Source: an uncultured Clostridia bacterium
Lineage (GTDB): Bacteria; Bacillota; Clostridia; TANB77; CAG-508
Assembly: GCA_944387495.1 (NCBI GenBank)
Contig: CALXFD010000003.1
Coordinates: forward strand, 3,534 to 67,533
Length of the DNA stretch: 64,000 nt
Direction: 5' to 3'
Shown here: positions 59,504-64,000 of the stretch, in pieces
How positions within the stretch are numbered: the stretch's first letter is position 1
Layout: each line of letters opens with the position of its first letter
Program-made: the position numbers and the translations under genes
Notes under the pieces: generated by a model
What the model was told of the DNA's origin: nothing
Databases searched by the model: none
What the model saw: the letters and a program-made list of their open reading frames with translations, nothing else

Positions 59504-61159
59504 ATGGATTATAAAGATTTAGCAGAATTAATATTTCCAAATGCAAAGGATATTTCATATTATGAAGAAAAATACCCAGAAAGAGACTTAAAAGAAGGTG
59601 CTATTGTAACAAGATTTGCTCCAAGCCCAACAGGTTTTGTACATATTGGTGGGTTATATCAATCTTTAATTGCAAGAAAATTAGCCACACAAACAGATGG
59701 AGTTTTCTTTTTAAGAGTTGAAGATACAGACCAAAAAAGAGAAGTAGAAAACGGGATTAGTGGAATAGTACAAGCATTAAATGACTTTGGTATAATACCA
59801 GATGAAGGTATGATTTCAGAAACAGAGGGAAAAGGAAATTATGGACCATATAGACAATCACAAAGAAAAGAAATATATCAAAGTTATGCAAAATATTTAA
59901 TAAGCCAAGGTAAAGCTTATCCATGTTTCTGTACACCAGAAGAGGGAGAAGAAATAAGAGCAAAACAAGAAGCAGCTAAAATTAGACCAGGATATTATGG
60001 TGTATGGGCAAAATGTAGAAATATAACAGTAGAAGAAGCAATAGAAAAAATAAAAAATGGTGAAAGTTATATTATAAGATTTAAATCACCAGGTAGAGAA
60101 GATAGAAAAATAAAACATCATGATGTTATAAAAGGAAATGTAGATTTTCCAGAAAATGACCAAGATATAGTAATAATAAAAGCAGATGGTCTTCCAACAT
60201 ATCATTTTGCACATGCTATTGATGATCATTTAATGAGAACTACACATGTAATTCGTGGTGATGAGTGGTTATCTTCTATTCCACTACATTTACAATTATT
60301 CCACGAATTAGGATTTAAAGCTCCTAAATATGCACATATTGCTCCAATAATGAAAAATGACAATGGAAACAAGAGAAAGCTAAGTAAAAGAAAAGACTCA
60401 GAAGCAGCAGTAAGTTATTATGATGAAGAAGGTATACCAGAAGAGGCAGTAAAAGAATATTTATTAAATATTGCAAATTCTAATTTCGAAAATTGGAGAA
60501 GAGCAAATAAAGAAAAATCAATAGATGAATTTGAATTACAATTAAATAAAATGAGTGTAAGTGGCGCATTATTTGACATGGTAAAATTATTAGATGTTGG
60601 TAAAACAGTAATATCAATGTTTACAGCACAAGAAGTATATGATAGAGCATTAGTATGGGCAAAAAAATATGATAAAGAATTAGAAGAAATGCTACAAGAT
60701 AAAGAATATGCATTAAAAGTATTTGGAATAGAAAGAGGAAACAAAAAGCCAAGAAAAGATATTTCAAAATGGGCAGAAGTAAAAGAAAATATAGAATATA
60801 TGTATGATGATAAATTCTTATCAAAAGAGCAAGAATATCCATATCAAGTAATAAATGAAAAAGAAGATATAGACAAAATATTAACATTATATTTAGAAAA
60901 ATATTATGACGAAAATGATGATAAACAAACATGGTTTGACAAAATAAAAGAATTAGCAGGAGAAATGGGATATGCAAAAGAGGTAAAAGAATTTAAGGCA
61001 AACCCAGAAATGTATAAAGCACATGTTGGAGATGTAAGCACTGTATTAAGAGTAGCTCTTACAGGAAGAACAAATACACCAGACATGTATGAAATAATGC
61101 AAGTATTAGGAAAAGACAGTATAGAAAAAAGATTTGAAAAAGCAAAAAATAATAATTAA
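59504..61159 (+). CDS. gltX: glutamate--tRNA ligase (long form, 551 aa)
   Basis: Class I motifs PSPTGFVHIGG (HIGH region) and KLSKR (KMSKS). HIGG rather than HIGH favours GluRS over GlnRS. gatCAB is present in the window. Confidence 0.75.
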   Translation: MDYKDLAELIFPNAKDISYYEEKYPERDLKEGAIVTRFAPSPTGFVHIGGLYQSLIARKLATQTDGVFFLRVEDTDQKREVENGISGIVQALNDFGIIPDEGMISETEGKGNYGPYRQSQRKEIYQSYAKYLISQGKAYPCFCTPEEGEEIRAKQEAAKIRPGYYGVWAKCRNITVEEAIEKIKNGESYIIRFKSPGREDRKIKHHDVIKGNVDFPENDQDIVIIKADGLPTYHFAHAIDDHLMRTTHVIRGDEWLSSIPLHLQLFHELGFKAPKYAHIAPIMKNDNGNKRKLSKRKDSEAAVSYYDEEGIPEEAVKEYLLNIANSNFENWRRANKEKSIDEFELQLNKMSVSGALFDMVKLLDVGKTVISMFTAQEVYDRALVWAKKYDKELEEMLQDKEYALKVFGIERGNKKPRKDISKWAEVKENIEYMYDDKFLSKEQEYPYQVINEKEDIDKILTLYLEKYYDENDDKQTWFDKIKELAGEMGYAKEVKEFKANPEMYKAHVGDVSTVLRVALTGRTNTPDMYEIMQVLGKDSIEKRFEKAKNNN

Positions 61160-61208
61160 TATAATAAGATTTTGTTATTGTAATTAAAATTATAACTAGG
61201 AGGCTTTT

Positions 61209-61421
61209 ATGTTATATGAAGTTGGAGATATTGTAAGAACTAAAAAAGTACATCCATGTGGAAGTAAATTGTGGGAAATTACAAGAGTTGGTGTAGATTT
61301 TAAATTAAAATGCTTAGGGTGTGGACATGTAGTAACAATGGAAAGACCAAAAGCATTAAAAGCGATAACAAAATTAGAAAAAAAATATAATGAAAATGAA
61401 AAAGACAATAAAACATCCTAA
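61209..61421 (+). CDS. DUF951 family small protein
   Basis: YEVGDIVRTKKVHPCGS..W.I.RVG.D..LKCLGCGH pattern with the four-Cys/His cluster typical of DUF951. Confidence 0.55.
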   Translation: MLYEVGDIVRTKKVHPCGSKLWEITRVGVDFKLKCLGCGHVVTMERPKALKAITKLEKKYNENEKDNKTS

Positions 61422-61422
61422 A

Positions 61423-62067
61423 TTAATTTTTAGGATGTTTTATTTCTAAATGTTCATCAATAAAATTCCAAACATCATCTTTATAAATTTTTCGTTCAGA
61501 AGAAAATGGGAATGTTGGAATATCACCAATAGGGTTTAATTCTTTTTGTAAACTATTCACTACATCTGTTACTTTTGTAACTGCTATTTTATCAGCCTTA
61601 TTAGCTAAAATCATACAAGGCAATCCAGATGAAATAATATAATTATACATAAGTCTATCATTAGCAGTTGGAGAATGTCTAATATCTATTAAAAATATAA
61701 TTAAAGAAATTTGTTCTCTTTTTAATAAATAGTTTTCAATAAACTTTCCAACTTGTTCTTGTTCTTTTTTAGACATTTTACTATAACCATATCCTGGTAA
61801 ATCAACAAAATAGAAGAAATCATCAATATTATAAAAATTAATTTGACGAGTTTTGCCAGGAGTGCTACTTGTTCTTGCTAGTTTTTTTCTATTAATCATA
61901 GTATTTATAAAACTAGATTTACCTACATTAGATTTGCCGACTAAAACTATTTCTGGTAGGTTGTTTTTTGGGTATTGTTTTGGACCGACTGCTGATATTT
62001 CAAATTTTGGATTTTTTACTATCATAGTATTAATTAATGCTTTTGAAAAAACATTTTCTCCTTTCAA
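61423..62067 (-). CDS. engB: ribosome biogenesis GTP-binding protein EngB/YsxC
   Basis: GKSNVGKSS (G1), DLPGYG (G3), NKADK (G4). Start could be 62067 or the internal Met at 62025. Confidence 0.85.
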   Translation of the reverse strand: MKGENVFSKALINTMIVKNPKFEISAVGPKQYPKNNLPEIVLVGKSNVGKSSFINTMINRKKLARTSSTPGKTRQINFYNIDDFFYFVDLPGYGYSKMSKKEQEQVGKFIENYLLKREQISLIIFLIDIRHSPTANDRLMYNYIISSGLPCMILANKADKIAVTKVTDVVNSLQKELNPIGDIPTFPFSSERKIYKDDVWNFIDEHLEIKHPKN

Positions 62068-62134
62068 TTTTTATATTTTATATTTTAACAGAAAAATTGG
62101 GGCTGTGTCAAATTTGTAGAATGGACACCTATTG

Positions 62135-62980
62135 CTACACAAAAAGTAGTAGTATTCCTAATGATTGTATTATAAACAGATTTAGCATATTTGAAGTTAG
62201 TAAATTATGAGTTGCTTCTACAACGCCAAGCATTTTTTCTTCTTCATTATTTTTATAATATTTTTGAGATTCGAAGAATGTAATTAATTCTGGGATACTT
62301 GTTATAAATCCCAATAAAATACCTAATATACTTTCTGGTATTTTGAAGATTTCTGCTAAATTTTCTAAGTTATTTCCCAATTTGTCACTTACTAGATATA
62401 TTAAAATTCCAGAAATTATTAGATAAATAATATAAATATAAGTTTTCTTATTTTTTGATTTTTCCTTATTTTCTGTAATTTCTTCATTTTCTAATAACAT
62501 CTTATCTTGATTTTTAAAATATTTATCATTAATTATATGTGTGAAAAAAGTAAATATAAAATATAATATTAGAAAAATTGGTATAATACAAATATTTATT
62601 TCTATATTAAACAAAATAAATATTGATGGAATTATTATTGTTAGAAGTACAAGGAATAAGCTTATTTTAATACCTTTGTTTTTTATTTCTTTATAATTTT
62701 TATTAATGATTATTGCAAATATATATTGTAACAAATTTATTATATTTGAACTAAATATATTGTAAATACTTGTTCCAGAAAGTTTTTTTAAACTTGAAAT
62801 TCCAACGGTTAGGAATTCTGGGATAGATGTTGCAATTCCTGCTATTTTCCCAATGGAATGTGCTTTTAGATTTAAATTTTCTGCAAGTTTTCTAAGTAAG
62901 GTTACTAAAAAGTATTTTGAAATTATTACAATTAAACTTGAATAAAATATAAACTCCAATATTTCTATTAACATGAACAA
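62135..62980 (-). CDS. CaCA-family (sodium/calcium exchanger-type) membrane protein
   Basis: Two alpha-repeat signatures, GIATSIPEF and GFITSIPEL, in hydrophobic halves separated by a charged loop. Confidence 0.55.
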   Translation of the reverse strand: MFMLIEILEFIFYSSLIVIISKYFLVTLLRKLAENLNLKAHSIGKIAGIATSIPEFLTVGISSLKKLSGTSIYNIFSSNIINLLQYIFAIIINKNYKEIKNKGIKISLFLVLLTIIIPSIFILFNIEINICIIPIFLILYFIFTFFTHIINDKYFKNQDKMLLENEEITENKEKSKNKKTYIYIIYLIISGILIYLVSDKLGNNLENLAEIFKIPESILGILLGFITSIPELITFFESQKYYKNNEEEKMLGVVEATHNLLTSNMLNLFIIQSLGILLLFV

Positions 62981-63147
62981 AATTCTCCTTCACAAATTTT
63001 TTAAATATTAACATTTTGCATATTTTATTTTAAAAGTAGAACAAATAAAATACATATTTTTAGTTATTTTCTCCAATTTGTTGCCATTTATTAGAAAATA
63101 TTATATAATGACAGTATTATTAAAAATATGTAAAGGGGAGAACGCGT

Positions 63148-63408
63148 ATGGAACATGTAGAAATTGGACGTGTATACCGTCATTTTAAAGGAAATTATTA
63201 TTTTGTGGAAAATATTGCATATGATTCGGAAACTATGGAAAGAATGGTAGTATACAAACCTTTATATCAAAGAGAAGATGGTCGAGGAATTTGGGTTAGA
63301 CCTGAGAAAATGTTTTTAGAAGAGATATCGCAAGAAAGAGCTGATAATATTACAGGTCAAAAGGTAAGATTTGAATTAGTTGAAGATATTAAGAAAAATT
63401 ATATATAA
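63148..63408 (+). CDS. DUF1653 family protein
   Basis: YRHFKGNYY..VVYKPLY..W.RP..MF pattern. Confidence 0.55.
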   Translation: MEHVEIGRVYRHFKGNYYFVENIAYDSETMERMVVYKPLYQREDGRGIWVRPEKMFLEEISQERADNITGQKVRFELVEDIKKNYI

Positions 63409-63449
63409 AAATTAATAATAAGTGTTAATAAAGAGGAGTTGAATAAATT

Positions 63450-64000
63450 ATGATAGATATAAAATTATTAAGAGAAAACCCTGAATTGGTTAAAGAAAAT
63501 ATTAAAAAGAAATTTCAAGATAACAAACTTCCTATGGTTGATGAAGTTTTAGAATTAGATGTTAAAAACAGAGAAGCAAAATTAAACGGAGATAATTTAA
63601 GAGCAGAAAGAAAAAGTTTAAGTTCACAAATAGGTGAATTAATGAAAGCTGGAAAAAAAGAAGAAGCAGAAACAATAAAAGCAAAAGTACAAGAAATAAA
63701 TGAAAAATTAGAAGAAAATGAAAAATTAGAAAATGAATATGCAGAAGAAATAAAAATTAAAATGATGAAGATTCCAAATATAATGCATGAATCAGTTCCT
63801 ATTGGTAAAGATGATAGTGAAAATGTAGAAATTCAAAAATTTGGAGAGCCAGTAGTACCAGATTATGAAATTCCATTTCACGGAGAAATATTAGAAAATT
63901 TAGGTGGACTTGATTTAGATAGTGCAAGAAGAGTTGCTGGACAAGGTTTTTACTATTTATTAGGAGATGTAGCAAGACTTCATTCAGCAGTTTTAACATA
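63450..64000 (+). CDS. serS: serine--tRNA ligase (N-terminal part; continues past the window end)
   Basis: MIDIKLLRENPELVKENIKKK N-terminal coiled-coil arm, then entry into the catalytic core (GQGFYYLLGDVARL). Confidence 0.85.
   Translation, partial: MIDIKLLRENPELVKENIKKKFQDNKLPMVDEVLELDVKNREAKLNGDNLRAERKSLSSQIGELMKAGKKEEAETIKAKVQEINEKLEENEKLENEYAEEIKIKMMKIPNIMHESVPIGKDDSENVEIQKFGEPVVPDYEIPFHGEILENLGGLDLDSARRVAGQGFYYLLGDVARLHSAVLT

Overview
Chromosomal window from a very AT-rich, endospore-forming Firmicute (Clostridia-like). The organism class is inferred from low GC, Lys/Asn-rich low-complexity protein extensions, and the presence of spoIIGA, sigE, sigG and sigK. Core content: a division/sporulation cluster in B. 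subtilis-like order (murA, divIB, two DUF881, sbp, ftsA, ftsZ, spoIIGA, sigE, sigG, ymxH); a short alaS; a HIT gene; two tRNAs (Met-CAT, Gly-TCC); a four-subunit 2-oxoacid:ferredoxin oxidoreductase operon; a PASTA class-B PBP; rsmA; a glycolytic set gap, pgk, tpiA, gpmI that is split by accessory insertions; gatCAB; stp/prkC; rsgA; rpe; a U32 peptidase; cysK; sigK; gltX; engB; serS (partial). Accessory content: two Rpn-family PD-(D/E)XK nuclease paralogs (one truncated); an AAA-ATPase-like/PDDEXK_9 protein; a NUDIX, guanylate-kinase-like, NUDIX cassette; a DUF600/YezG-like immunity-type protein; a NifU-like plus GGGtGRT pair; a GGDEF(degenerate)-EAL sensor protein; a DUF45 metallopeptidase; an RluA pseudouridine synthase fused in frame to a nucleotidyltransferase module; a MazF/PemK-like toxin domain with no mazE; Bro-N/DinD-like and KilA-N proteins; a sortase; a beta-helical membrane protein. 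Most striking non-coding structures: (i) a perfect 130-bp palindrome immediately after ftsZ and before spoIIGA, built from a GGGGACGTTTC..GGACA unit that recurs at 18.4 kb and 35.9 kb; (ii) a roughly 310-bp foldback between convergent cysK and sigK, with perfect 86-bp inverted arms (the left arm includes the last 37 nt of cysK) around a 139-bp partly palindromic core. murA carries an apparent +1 frameshift. No CRISPR array, rRNA or recognisable IS element was seen.
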